A DNA stretch of 64,000 nucleotides from Vulcanimicrobiota bacterium (GTDB taxonomy: Bacteria > Vulcanimicrobiota > Vulcanimicrobiia > Eremiobacterales > Eremiobacteraceae): the NCBI GenBank assembly GCA_963805945.1, contig CAWDVP010000005.1, positions 19,012-83,011 of the forward strand, given 5' to 3'. Positions 52,539-63,071 of the stretch are shown piece by piece. The notes below the pieces were generated by a model. The model had not been told where the DNA came from, ran no database searches, and was given only the letters and a program-made list of their open reading frames with translations. A program made the position numbers and the translations under genes. The stretch's first letter is position 1; every line of letters starts with the position of its first letter.

Positions 52539-53960
52539 TCATGGTTGGATGATGACCTGAAGGCTCAGCGAGAAGTCGCCGAATTGGGAATCGCACTGGT
52601 TGTTGTCGTGGAAGCCGCTCGTGTCTTCGTTGCCGCCGACGAGCAAGAACCCGTGATCCGGCCAGACGCCTTTCGCGAAGTTGTTGATCGCTGATGTCAC
52701 GTCGATATTGTAGATCGGGCCCGAGATCTTCACCGTTGGGGTGAAGACATTCACGCCATTGGCGCTCCACGGAATGCCGACGATGTAAACTTTGTTCGGG
52801 ATGAGGTCCTGCGCGTTCGACCAGTCGCCCGTCGGCAGGCGCACGCCGCCCACGCATTGCGCCTTGCCGCTGCTCACCCGGTTGAACGCCAGGATCGCCT
52901 TCTTGACGCTGGCTTTTGGATCACGCAAGAGTATGCCCGCGCTGCCTAGCTCGAAGCTGACCGCGGTCTGCTGCACGACCGTGTCTTCCGCGCACGTGAC
53001 GCCGACCGAGCTCGAGTAGTTGTGGAAGAAGCCCACGGATAGACCGAGTTCCGGCCCCGTGCCTACAGCGGGCAAGCTGCACAATCCGGGGCCCAAGAAA
53101 TGATAGCCGTGGTTTACGGAGCGAATGGCGTTCGGTGTGATTTGGAAGCTGCGGACGGCCGGCTGGTCGACTGGGCCGTTCACGCAATATTGCCCGCTGT
53201 CGCCGGACTCTCCAAAGCCGACGTAGGACCTGACCGCGTAGCACTTGCCGTTGAAGCCATCGCTCGGCTTGTCCAAGAGCGCGAGTGTCACATCTTCGCC
53301 GTTGTTCTGTCTGACGACGAAGGTGTGCTGCCCGCCGTCGACGCGATACACGTTATAGCCCTCGATGCATTTTCCGCATGCGGTGGGGGCGTTACTGGAC
53401 CAGATAAGCGCCAGCATGCCCGTGCTGAAGCCACCCTTGCACGCGAGACCGCCGGCGAAGCCGCCGTGCAACGTGCACACTTGCGGGTCGTTGGTGCTGC
53501 TCAAACCGTTGGGGATCGGGGGAGGTGTAGGCGCGGGGCCAAGCATCTGCCCCGGGGTCGGCGTCGCGACCACGCAGTTGACCGCGAAGTCGGCCTCGTT
53601 CGAGTACACGTCGGATAGGCCGCCGGAGATGCCGTGCACCCATAACTGGTCGAACGTGTTGGTCATCGCAGAGGACGAGAGCGAGATGGCGTCGTTCACC
53701 GTGATCGAACCGCCGCCCGGCATGGTCATCGTGCCGCCGTTGACGACGGTCTGCGCGCCGTTGATGAAGCGGTTGAAGCTGTACGTGAAGACCGTCCCTG
53801 GTTTGCCGGCGATGGCGCCGGTGAACTGGACGGTGACCGGGCAGCCGTTATACGAGCTCGGGCCGACGATCGACATCGATGCCGTGATGGCGGCACTCGC
53901 GCGATGCGGTTGCGCGATCAAGACGCCTAGCGCGACAAATGCGAACAGCCACTTCTTCAT
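52539..53960 (-). CDS. Secreted modular protein (Y-x-G-CP module, FN3-like domain, DNRLRE-like domain)
   Basis: MKKWLF signal; YNGCPVTVQF; LIW..IEGYNVYR..CYAVRSY..ES; VKKAILAF..IDVTSAI..DHGFLL. Confidence 0.68.
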   Translation of the reverse strand: MKKWLFAFVALGVLIAQPHRASAAITASMSIVGPSSYNGCPVTVQFTGAIAGKPGTVFTYSFNRFINGAQTVVNGGTMTMPGGGSITVNDAISLSSSAMTNTFDQLWVHGISGGLSDVYSNEADFAVNCVVATPTPGQMLGPAPTPPPIPNGLSSTNDPQVCTLHGGFAGGLACKGGFSTGMLALIWSSNAPTACGKCIEGYNVYRVDGGQHTFVVRQNNGEDVTLALLDKPSDGFNGKCYAVRSYVGFGESGDSGQYCVNGPVDQPAVRSFQITPNAIRSVNHGYHFLGPGLCSLPAVGTGPELGLSVGFFHNYSSSVGVTCAEDTVVQQTAVSFELGSAGILLRDPKASVKKAILAFNRVSSGKAQCVGGVRLPTGDWSNAQDLIPNKVYIVGIPWSANGVNVFTPTVKISGPIYNIDVTSAINNFAKGVWPDHGFLLVGGNEDTSGFHDNNQCDSQFGDFSLSLQVIIQP

Positions 53961-54047
53961 ATGGTCATCCCCTCGCATAGCAACGGGTGTCTCCACACAC
54001 GGACGTGTCTACGACAGCCACGTTGCTTGCACGCGGTCGCCCGACCT

Positions 54048-54494
54048 CTAGGGCTTGAACACGATCATGGCGATCGCGATGATCCATAGCACGCCGACCA
54101 GCGGCCCAGCTGCGCGCGCCCTCTCATGGGCGACCTGCTTCAGCGCTCCAGCGGTCTGGTCCGTCGCTTCTGCCGCGTGTGCCAGTCGCAACAACCACGG
54201 TCGGAGAACGCCGAACGCCAAGACGATGATGAGGGCCGCGCACACATATATGACGACCAGCCACGTCGACAACAGCGGATAACCCAGCCACGATGCCAGG
54301 CCGGCGCCCAAGGCTGCCGCCACTCCGACGGAGATGCCGCCTATCATGCCCACCGACCGATTCGCGAGTGCCGCGATGCCCGTCGCGTTCGCGTCCCCCG
54401 CGTCAACGATGAACGAAAGAAGGATGCCGGATCCGACCGTCAGGCCAAAGCCCACGAACATCGCTAGGACCAGGAGGAAAAGCAGGATGCTCAA
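54048..54494 (-). CDS. DUF2269-like integral membrane protein
   Basis: Four hydrophobic segments, terminal MIVFKP, TTG overlapping the upstream stop. Confidence 0.6.
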   Translation of the reverse strand: MSILLFLLVLAMFVGFGLTVGSGILLSFIVDAGDANATGIAALANRSVGMIGGISVGVAAALGAGLASWLGYPLLSTWLVVIYVCAALIIVLAFGVLRPWLLRLAHAAEATDQTAGALKQVAHERARAAGPLVGVLWIIAIAMIVFKP

Positions 54495-54907
54495 GTTCCC
54501 GATCCTTTTCGGCTGAGCGTGAAACCGCCATACGCCAGATAGGCGCCGAGTATGAACGCGAGCGCTGCATCCCAATAGAAGAACTGCGCGTACGCAGGTC
54601 CCCAAAGGAAGATCCCTACGGCCGCCGGCGGCGGTAGGAACAAGAAGAGCAGGCCTTTGATGAGCGTCAGCCAGCCGACGACGGTCACGATGACCGGCAG
54701 GGCGCCGCCCGACCAGACGTTGTGGCTCAATATCATCGCGACGCCGGCAGCCACCAACACCAAGCCGAGGATGAGCACCGCCGGCCCGTCGTGGACGGTC
54801 GCTATCACCATCTGCACGAACGCCTCTTTGTTCACGGCCATAGATACCGCGACGAGCATGCAATAGATGCCGATGAGCCTGCTCAAGAAAGCCGTGCGTG
54901 CCGACAT
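54491..54907 (-). CDS. Four-TM membrane protein of unknown function
   Basis: GGAG RBS; H.VW...VIVTVVGWL.LIKG pattern. Confidence 0.7.
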   Translation of the reverse strand: MSARTAFLSRLIGIYCMLVAVSMAVNKEAFVQMVIATVHDGPAVLILGLVLVAAGVAMILSHNVWSGGALPVIVTVVGWLTLIKGLLFLFLPPPAAVGIFLWGPAYAQFFYWDAALAFILGAYLAYGGFTLSRKGSGT

Positions 54908-55120
54908 AGCGTCTCCCTAGGCGTCGCGACCTATTGGACGAATTGTCGTGTGCCTCAGGAAAGCCTCTTCCGCGCATAAGAAACCGCGCCCCGCGCTCAG
55001 GATATTCTCATGATATTCTGTGCCTTCTTCCCCATGCTTGGTGTACGATGTGTGAAATCACTACGCTTCGCAAGGCGCCTTTTTTCGATGTGGGGGACCA
55101 TGGAAGACGCAGATCGAGCA

Positions 55121-56460
55121 ATGCGATTACCACGAACCTTCGTCACCGTCGCATCGTTTGCGTGCGCCGCAATGCTGGCGGCGTGCGGGCACAAAGCGGC
55201 CGTGCCGACCTTCGCGACGATACCGCAGCAGCCCCCGATCCAGGACCAAGGCTTCATCAAGCACGTCATCGTGATCGTGCAGGAGAACCGAAGTTTCGAC
55301 AACATGTTCAACGGCTTCCCCGGCGCCGACACCGTCTCGCAGGGGAATGCGAACGGCACGTCCGTTCCGATCGGGATCACACCGTTCGAAGACAACGGGC
55401 TCGATGTCGGACACACGCACCCCAACTTCTCGTCGGCCTATGACGGCGGCAGGATGGATAATTTCAACGGCGAGGGCACGTTCAAGCTGGTCAACGGGAT
55501 GTACACGCAATTCGCCGGCCCGCCGAACTATGCGTACTCACACCTACCGCAGTCCGAAACAGTGCCACTGTGGGATCTCGCGACGCAGTTCACCTTGGCG
55601 GACCACATGTTCGCCTCGAACAGCGGGCCGTAGTTTCCCCGCGCACCAATACCTGATCGCCGCGCAGTCGCAATTCGCCTCGGAGGTCCCGAACGGTCCG
55701 AATTGGGGTTGCGACGACACGCCGGGCTCCCTCGTGCAACAGCTGCAATCGGACGGCACGGAGAACAAAGGCGTCTTCCCGTGCTTCGACTATATGACCC
55801 TAGGCGATGAGCTCGATCAAGCGGGCGTCACATGGCGCTACTATGCGCCCGCGATGGGCTCGTTGGGCTACATGTTCTCCGCGTACGATGCGGTGCGGCA
55901 CATACGCTATGGCGCGGATTGGACGAACGACGTGGTCTCTCCGGAGACCACCGTGCTCACCGATATCGCAGGGGGCACGCTGCGCCAGGTCAGCTGGGTC
56001 ATCCCGTCGCTGCCGAACTCGGACCACGCCCTCGCAAGCAGCAACACCGGCCCGCAATGGGTCGCCTCGATCGTCGACGCGGTCGGGTGCGAGTCCGTAT
56101 TGGAACGACACCGCGATCCTGATCATGTGGGACGAGTGGGGCGGCTGGTACGACCACGTGCCGCCGCCGCAAGTGGATATCATGGGGCTCGGCTTCCGCG
56201 TGCCGCTCATCGTGGTCTCGCCGTATGCCAAGCATGGCTACGTATCGCACGTCATCCACGAGTCCGCCAGCACCGCGCATTTCATCGAGGCGACGTTCGG
56301 CCTTTCGACGCTCACCACGGCGGACGCGCGGGCCGACGAACTGACGGACTGCTTCGACTTCACGCAGGCGGTGACGCCGCTGCAGCCGGTGAAGACGCTG
56401 CTAGGGCCGCAGGACTTCCTGCGCCGCCCGCACGTGACAGGCCCGAACGACTTCGATTAG
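55121..56460 (+). CDS. Phospholipase C / phosphoesterase lipoprotein (frameshifts near 55630 and 56087)
   Basis: Lipobox LAA-C; IKHVIVIVQENRSFDN, GPSFPAH, SDH, WDEWGGWYDHVPPP and GFRVPLIVVSPYAK. Confidence 0.87.
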
Positions 56461-56461
56461 G

Positions 56462-56986
56462 TCAACCTCGCGATGGCTCGACGCGGAATTCGACCTCGGG
56501 CGTGACCCCGCTCGCGAGCGTCTGATAGACGACGCAATAGCGCTCCGTGAGTTTTTGCAGCGCGGCGACCTCCTCGCTCGTCGCGTCCGCCTCCAGATCG
56601 AAGCGAAGCCGGATGTTCTTGAAGCCGACCGGCGCATCACGGTCGACCCCCAAGGTGCCGCGAAAATCCAGGTCTCCCTCCGCCGTTATAGTCCCGCCGC
56701 GCAACTGCATGTTCTTCGCTGTCGCCACCGATCGCAGCGTCACGCCGGCGCACGCGACGAGCGCCTGCAGCAGCATATCGCCCGAACAAGCGAGGGTCCC
56801 GTCGCCACCGGTCGCTGGGTGCAGGCCCGCTTTCACGAGCGCACGACCGGTCTCCACGCTGCAGCTGAGCGCTTCGGGATCGTCGACTTTGCCGCTGGCT
56901 CTCAAGGTGACGAGGGCGGCCTCGGGCTCGGTGCGATAGTGATCCTTGATCGGCGCCTGTAGCGCTCGCAACGTCTCGGTATCCAT
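56462..56986 (-). CDS. OsmC-like family protein
   Basis: AGLHPATGG, CSGDMLLQALVAC, EGDLDFRGTLG and TERYCVVYQTL. Confidence 0.88.
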   Translation of the reverse strand: MDTETLRALQAPIKDHYRTEPEAALVTLRASGKVDDPEALSCSVETGRALVKAGLHPATGGDGTLACSGDMLLQALVACAGVTLRSVATAKNMQLRGGTITAEGDLDFRGTLGVDRDAPVGFKNIRLRFDLEADATSEEVAALQKLTERYCVVYQTLASGVTPEVEFRVEPSRG

Positions 56987-57024
56987 ACGCGTCCTCCGTC
57001 TCGGCTGAGTCTCTCGAGCGCGAC

Positions 57025-58974
57025 TTACGAGTAGAGCACTCGCGACGTGAGAAGCGCGAGCGCGCGACGGAGTTGCGCCGCGACGTCAGCGTGCTCGCCG
57101 ACATCGATCGTCTTGAGCGCATGCCTCGATCCAACGGAATCCCTCTGCCTCGGCGCCGCCGTGCCACCAGAACATCTCCAAGGCGCCGGCGACGGTGCCG
57201 CCGAGAACCACGTCGTTGTCCCTGCCGAGCGCCCAATCCATGGTCGCACGGAAGTTCTCCGCCTCCGGGTCGAGTCGCGCTAACCATTCGCTGAGCGGCA
57301 CCGCGCCGAAGCTCTGCTCCGCCTTCTGGGCGACGTCGCGGAAGTAGTCGGCGTGCCGGCGCGCGAGGCGCTCACGCTCACCGCTCGCCGCCAACTTGGC
57401 AAGCGCGTACTGGCGAGTGGATTCAAGCATGCGATAACGTTCCGAAGCGTCGCTCGTGTCCACCATCGCAAGCGACTTGTCGACGAGCGAGGCGATCAGA
57501 TCGAGCACATCCGCGCTCTCGCTGTCGTCGCCCGCGCACACAAAAGAAGCCGCATCAAGCGTGAAGCCGCCTGCGAAAATCGCCACGCGATTGAACATCA
57601 CCCGCTCGTCAGGCGTGAGGAGGTCATAGCTCCAATCGAAGAGCGCGCTCAGCGTCTTCTGCCGAGGGAGCGCGGTGCGACTGCCCCCCGTGAGGATCTC
57701 GAAGCGTTCGTTGAGGCGCTGAGCGAGCGTTGGGATGCTCATCACCTTCACGCGGGCTGCCGCGAGTTCGATCGCCAGCGGGATGCCATCCAGCCGGCGG
57801 CAGATATCCGCCACGATCGACGCGTTGTCGTCGCCGAGCCGAAACGATTGATCCACGAGCGAAGCGCGGTCGACGAAAAGGGCCACCGCGCCGAAACCGA
57901 GCGCGGCCGTCGGGTCGAGTTCGTGCCGTTGCTTCCGGAACCGCGAGTGAGGCGAGCCGCAGCACTTTTTCACCGCTCACCCCGAGCGCCTGGCGTGAGG
58001 TCGCGAGGATGCGCACGTTGGGGCATTGGCGGTGGATCGCATCGGCTATCCGCGCAGCGGCTTCCACGACGTGCTCGCAATTGTCGAGCACGAGGAGGAG
58101 CTCTTTGCTGTTTGAGCGATTGCGTCATGGACTCGTCGACCAGGCGTACTTGCCCTTGGCTCACGCCCAAGGTCTTGGCGACCACGCTCAAGACCAGCTC
58201 TGCTTCGGTGACAAGTGCGAGATCAGCGATCCAGACACCATCGCGGAAGCGATCGAGGACTTCTGCGCCGAGTTGCGCCGCCAGTCTCGTCTTGCCGACG
58301 CCGCCGGCGCCCATGAGCGTCACCAGGCGGTGCTCGACGAGGTGCGCCTTCAGGTCCTCGAGGTCGTGCTCGCGGCCGCGGAAGCTCGTGACTTGAATAG
58401 GCAGATTGTTGGGCAGCGTCTCGAGCGAATTCAGTCGGGGGAACTCGCCCGGCAGACCCGTCACCGTCAGCTGCCACACGTGCTCCGGCTCGGCAAGATC
58501 TTTGAGCCGATGCGAGCCGAGGTCCATGAATCTCATCTCGCGCGACGCTTCATTCTGCACGAGGGCGTGGGCAGCACCCGACACGAGCACCTGCCCGCCG
58601 TGGCCGATGGACATAAGCCGTGCCACTCGGTTGACGGTCGGGCCGAAATAATCGGCGTCGCGCTCCTCCGCGTATCCGGTATGGATGCCCATGCGCACAC
58701 GCAAGCCGTTGACCGCTGAGAAATCTTGCGCGGCGAGCGCCCGCTGGGCGTCGAGCGCGGCGCTCACGGCGTTCGGCGCGGTGGCGAATGCGGCGCAAAA
58801 AGCGTCGCCGACGGTGTTGAAGATATAGCCGTCAAAGCGGGAGATCGCCTGCCGTAGCAGCGCTTCATGCCGGGCGACGGCCGCTTTCATCCCGTCGTGA
58901 TGGTTTTCCCAGCGCTCGGTGCTGCCTTCGATATCCGAGAACAGGAAGGTGATCGTGCCGGTAGGCAGCGGCAC
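57025..58974 (-). CDS. Class III nucleotide cyclase domain + STAND (NB-ARC-like) ATPase + winged helix, short C-terminus (frameshifts near 58100, 57925, 57120)
   Basis: FLFSDIEGST, GDAF, RMGIHTG, YFGPTVNRVARL; GAGGVGKTRL, LDNCEH, ATSR, ICRRLDGIPLAIELAAAR, WSYDLL and RYRMLES.RQYA. Confidence 0.85.
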
Positions 58975-59071
58975 CGGGCGCTTGGGGCGTTCTTTGGCCT
59001 CAGGTCTTGCGTTGCATCACGGTGGTGCCAGAGGTTCGGCCGTCCACAGTGCGAGCCCTAGCCCAAGCCGC

Positions 59072-59101
59072 TTGCCAAGCCGGCGGAGCTCAGGATATAA
59101 T
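59072..59101 (+). promoter_or_regulatory. Sigma70-type promoter of the DUF4242 gene
   Basis: TTGCCA (59072-77), 18-bp spacer, TATAAT (59096-101), then GGAGG RBS. Confidence 0.55.
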
Positions 59102-59134
59102 GAGGCCTCTACGGTGGAGATCGATGGAGGGACC

Positions 59135-59407
59135 ATGCCTCGATACGTGATTGAACGGACGTTCAAAGATGGTTTATCGATTCCGGCCACGGACGTGGGG
59201 GCCCAATCATGCAAAACCGTCGTTGAGAAGAACGGGGACGTCGGTGTGACCTGGGTCCATTCATACGTCTCAAAGGACCACAAGAAGAGCTATTGCGTGT
59301 ACGACGGCCCGAACGAGGACGCTATCCGCAAAGCCGCGGAACGCAACGGCTTACCCGTTGATAGCATCGCCGAGGTCAGCGTCCTGGATCCCTACTTCTA
59401 CCACTAA
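59135..59407 (+). CDS. DUF4242 (SCO4226-like) protein
   Basis: MPRYVIER, VTWVHSYVS.D..K.YCVYDGP.E.AIR.AA..NGLP.D.I.EV. Confidence 0.85.
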   Translation: MPRYVIERTFKDGLSIPATDVGAQSCKTVVEKNGDVGVTWVHSYVSKDHKKSYCVYDGPNEDAIRKAAERNGLPVDSIAEVSVLDPYFYH

Positions 59408-59440
59408 TAGCAGGTTGATCGCCCGCTCTTAGGTCGTGAT

Positions 59441-59480
59441 CACAAGAAAGGGAGCGCATTGCACCCCCTTCTTGTGGTTT
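59441..59480. terminator. Imperfect hairpin between convergent genes, possible bidirectional terminator
   Basis: cacaagaaaggg...ccccttcttgtg followed by gtttt. Confidence 0.5.
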
Positions 59481-59493
59481 TCCCAGAATGCCA

Positions 59494-60609
59494 TCATCTG
59501 ATCGGCGGGATGTCCGCCGACTCGAGCATGATCACGGTGGGTCTCGTCGTCCCGATCACGATGCGTCGCGGCGAAACGCCTGGAGAGAGGTCGAGTTTTT
59601 TGAGGTCCACCGCTCGCAGGGTCATGTCGTTGTAGGTGCGATAGTAATAGATCCTATCCGTGAGATCGCGGAAGACGACCCATTGCGTGGTATCGCTATC
59701 GCCCGCACCGGTGTCGCGCGCGAGACCTGCCGGCAGGTCGACGCGATTCATCAACTTCTGCGCCAGCACCAGCGCGCCGGTCGCGTCGCTCGGCCTGGTC
59801 GCGGCGGCAAGCGCGATCGCCGTTTCGACGAAGCGTGAGGGCGGTGTTGGGTCCCCCGGCAACCCCACCAGGCCCGAGCCCTGACCCGTGGACGCGTAGC
59901 TTATCCCACCCACGACCGCCGGTTTGACGTTATTCGGCGAAAGGTTGACGTAGTTGCGCAGATTGACCGTCTGCCAGTCGTATGTCGGCGAGTTGGTCAT
60001 GACCCCGACGGTATTGTCATAGATGGCGAGTTTGCCGCCCACCCACTCCAGTACGATGCTCTTCCCTTGGGCGTCGTGCACCACGAAGTGCAGCGGCACG
60101 AAGGAGTTGCCGAACATAGCAAGCGGCTCGCCCCAGACGTGGATCGTGGGCAGCGCGGCCCTGACCTCGTCGACGTTGGCGAAGCGAGACAACACCCACG
60201 CGCCGAGCGTGAGGTTGGACATAGCGCTTGCATTATCGGTCGGCGCTATGGTCTCGTACCCGGCGAACGACGGGAGATACAGTGCGCCAAAGCCGAGGCC
60301 GGCCTCGTTCATGCCGTCGACCACGGCGTCGATCCCGAAAGCGTCGAGGTACACATAGCCGTACTTGCCCGTCCAGCTGAATCCTCGCGCCCCGTTAGGC
60401 GCAGGAGATGTCAGCTGGGAGCTACGCGGACGAACGACGAGCCTGGAGTGCATCTCCGCGCCGAATTCCATGCTGCGAGCGGCGATCACCGTGCCGTTCG
60501 CGGCGATGACGCGGGCGTCGGTACAGGCAAGCACGCCTTCCGACGGCGCGATGAACATCAAGACGCCTATGAGCCAACAAGCTCTGCGCCACATCGTTTC
60601 TCTGCTCAT
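59494..60609 (-). CDS. Choloylglycine hydrolase / penicillin V acylase family Ntn hydrolase, secreted
   Basis: Signal peptide then nucleophile CT; ARSMEF, DGMNEAGL, MTNSP and LPGD.TPPSRF. Confidence 0.92.
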   Translation of the reverse strand: MSRETMWRRACWLIGVLMFIAPSEGVLACTDARVIAANGTVIAARSMEFGAEMHSRLVVRPRSSQLTSPAPNGARGFSWTGKYGYVYLDAFGIDAVVDGMNEAGLGFGALYLPSFAGYETIAPTDNASAMSNLTLGAWVLSRFANVDEVRAALPTIHVWGEPLAMFGNSFVPLHFVVHDAQGKSIVLEWVGGKLAIYDNTVGVMTNSPTYDWQTVNLRNYVNLSPNNVKPAVVGGISYASTGQGSGLVGLPGDPTPPSRFVETAIALAAATRPSDATGALVLAQKLMNRVDLPAGLARDTGAGDSDTTQWVVFRDLTDRIYYYRTYNDMTLRAVDLKKLDLSPGVSPRRIVIGTTRPTVIMLESADIPPIR

Positions 60610-60866
60610 GCTGATTCTCCATAACTAGCGGGTTAGTCCGGCCGACCGGGCGTCAAGGACGTGAACGGATTCCCTGGCTACAACGGTATGCTCTCGCGCA
60701 TCGCCCTAGTAGACGAGGTTCGTATGGATCTCGATGTCGGGACTCGGCTCGCGAACGTCGAGGGCGGCGTTTTCCCGAATAGCGACGTCGAGATCGCCGC
60801 CCCAAATACGCGAGAACAATTTGATGCGCGCATCAGGGCGGCGTTCTGGTGACTCCGAAGTGAGGG

Positions 60867-61875
60867 CTAGTGGATCTCGATCGCCCATGGCCCTTGCAAC
60901 CCAGTGCTGCTTCCGGCAATGGTCCGCGCTGGGGCGACGTTGCCGTTGGCGGTCTCAGGGAATATCGTCACGCTATTGGACCCGAAATTCGTGACGTATA
61001 TGTTGTTGGTTCTATCGTTCGCCAAGCCGTACGGAGAGGAAAGCGTCGTATTCGCACCGCTGATGACAGTTATCGGCGACGCGTCCCCAGTAGCTTTGCT
61101 GGCAAATTCCTCAACCGTGTTCGATGCGTCGTTCGCGACCCAAAGATCGTCGTCTATGTCGACGATTGACCCTAGCGGGCCGTCGAGTTGCGTGTTCGCC
61201 CCGCTGATCGCCTGCACTGGAACGGCCGGTCCGGATGCATTTGGAGCGTACGCGACCATCTTAGAATTCGGCGCAAGGCTTTCGTCGGAGACCCACAAGT
61301 CACCGTCAGCAGTGCCGATCTGTATACCGTCGGCGTGCGCCAATCCAGCAGCGGTGATATCGATTGTACGGAAGGGCGCCGCGTTTCCGTTTGCGCCCGG
61401 CGCGAGAGATCTCTATGTTGGTGTTCGCGAAGTCGCTGACGATGATGTTCCCGATGCCGTCAATCGCCACATCGACCGGACAGTTGAATCCAGTGATCTC
61501 GCGGGCGGGTGCGACGTTCCCGGAAGCACCGACCGCGAATTCCAGGATCGCCTTGGCGCCGCAATCGGCGACGTACATGACGCCTGCGCTGTCGAATGCC
61601 ATTCCTTCTGGGCAGATGAGTTGGGTGTTCGATCCAGCGATCGTGACGCTCGGAGCGACGTTACCGTTGGCCGCAAGGGCTGGGTATTCGGTGATGGATC
61701 GCCCCCCGCAGTTGCCGACGTAGAGCGTTTGTGCAGCCGGCGGCGGCGTGGGCGCGACCGGGGCGGAGCCTACCACGCGCGGCGGCGGACTGCTCGGCAA
61801 CACCCCCGAGCCGGCGCAGCCGGCCATGGCAAGCATGGCGAAAGCGATGATAATTGCGTTGAGCGATCTGGACAT
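60867..61875 (-). CDS. NHL-repeat beta-propeller lipoprotein (frameshift near 61400)
   Basis: Lipobox MAG-C; repeated A.GNVAP...I.G.NT.L..P.G...D...LYV units. Confidence 0.75.
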
Positions 61876-62052
61876 GACACACCTTCTGCGTGCGCACTTC
61901 AACCCCCGGAAAAGGCGCTATGCACGACTAACAGTCCCACCGCGCGGTGAAGGAGGCGAGTGTTTCCCGTGAACATCTGTGCCCGCGACCTGAAGCCTGC
62001 GCTGGGCCACGCTCACCTAGTGCGCTGCGTCACACGTCGCGCCTCGGCGGCA

Positions 62053-62569
62053 TCACATAAGGTCTTCGAAACCCGGCGGCAGGGCGGTCGCGATGGTGCG
62101 GGCTGCGCGATCCACCTGCATGCCGTAGGCCTCCAACATCGGGATCAGCACGCGTTCGTCACCGACGACGAGCATATCGCTCGCCGGATAGTGCGCGATG
62201 CCGACGACGTCGCCAAGCGCGCCGAGCCGCGCGTCCACGACGTGCATGCCGACCAGCTCCGACTCGCGATACGCTTGCGGCGGCAAGGGCGGCAGCTCCG
62301 ATTCGGCGACCCGCAGGTGCGCGCCGCGCAGCGCTTCTGCAGCCGTCGCATCGTCGACGCCCTCGAATTTCACGCGCACGTGACCGCGCGCCGGGCGCAC
62401 TCGTCTCGACGCGCAGCATCTGCTCGCCGCCCATGGCGAGATGCGCCGTGACGCCGACGCCCGGCGCCAACTCAAAAACGGACGCGGCGACCTTGACGTC
62501 GCCGCGCAATCCGAACACTCCGACCACCCGGCCGACGAGCACGCCGCCCTGCCGGTCTGCGCCGCTCAA
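62053..62569 (-). CDS. rimM: Ribosome maturation factor RimM (frameshift near 62400)
   Basis: VGRVVGVFGLRGDVKV; KFEGVDD...AE.LRG, LP......Y...LVG and LIP. Position downstream of rpsP-KH. Confidence 0.88.
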
Positions 62570-63071
62570 TCGATGATTTCGACGCTGACTCTCTCGCCCG
62601 TGCCGATGCTCGCCGCCTTCACGACGGTCCGGATCGCCTGGACGATGCGGCCCTGGCGGCCGATGATCTTGCCCCGGTCATCTTCTGCCACGCGGAGCAG
62701 CAGCACCGGACCGCGGTCGTCGGTGGTCGCGCCGATCGCGATCTGACCGGGCTCGTCGACGATGTTCTCGACGATGTACTTGAGCACGGCGGCGGCGCGT
62801 TGGATGCCATCGCGCTCCGCGTCCTCGTCGACGCTCCTCTTCTTCGTCGGGCACCGGGCCCGCGGCCGCCGCGTGCGGTGCGCCGCCTTCGAGCGCGCCG
62901 CCGTCTTGGTCCGCGTCGGCGTGCTTCGCCCTCGTCGAGGTCGACGTCGTCTTCTTCGTCGTCGAAGTCGATCGGGTCGGCCGGTTCCGCGTCGACCGGC
63001 GCCGGCGTGGTCTCGTCGTCGTCCTCGTCGTCGAGGTCGATGTCGGTGAATTCAGGCGGACGTTCAGGCAT
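62566..63071 (-). CDS. khpA: KH-domain RNA-binding protein (KhpA) with long acidic N-terminal extension (two frameshifts)
   Basis: [32 protein letters not shown] and VEII; Asp/Glu-rich leader from ATG 63071. Confidence 0.8.

Noticed and set aside
60661..60852. 63-aa plus-strand ORF
   Set aside because: Fits an intergenic gap but has no RBS, motif or recognisable homology, so it cannot be supported.
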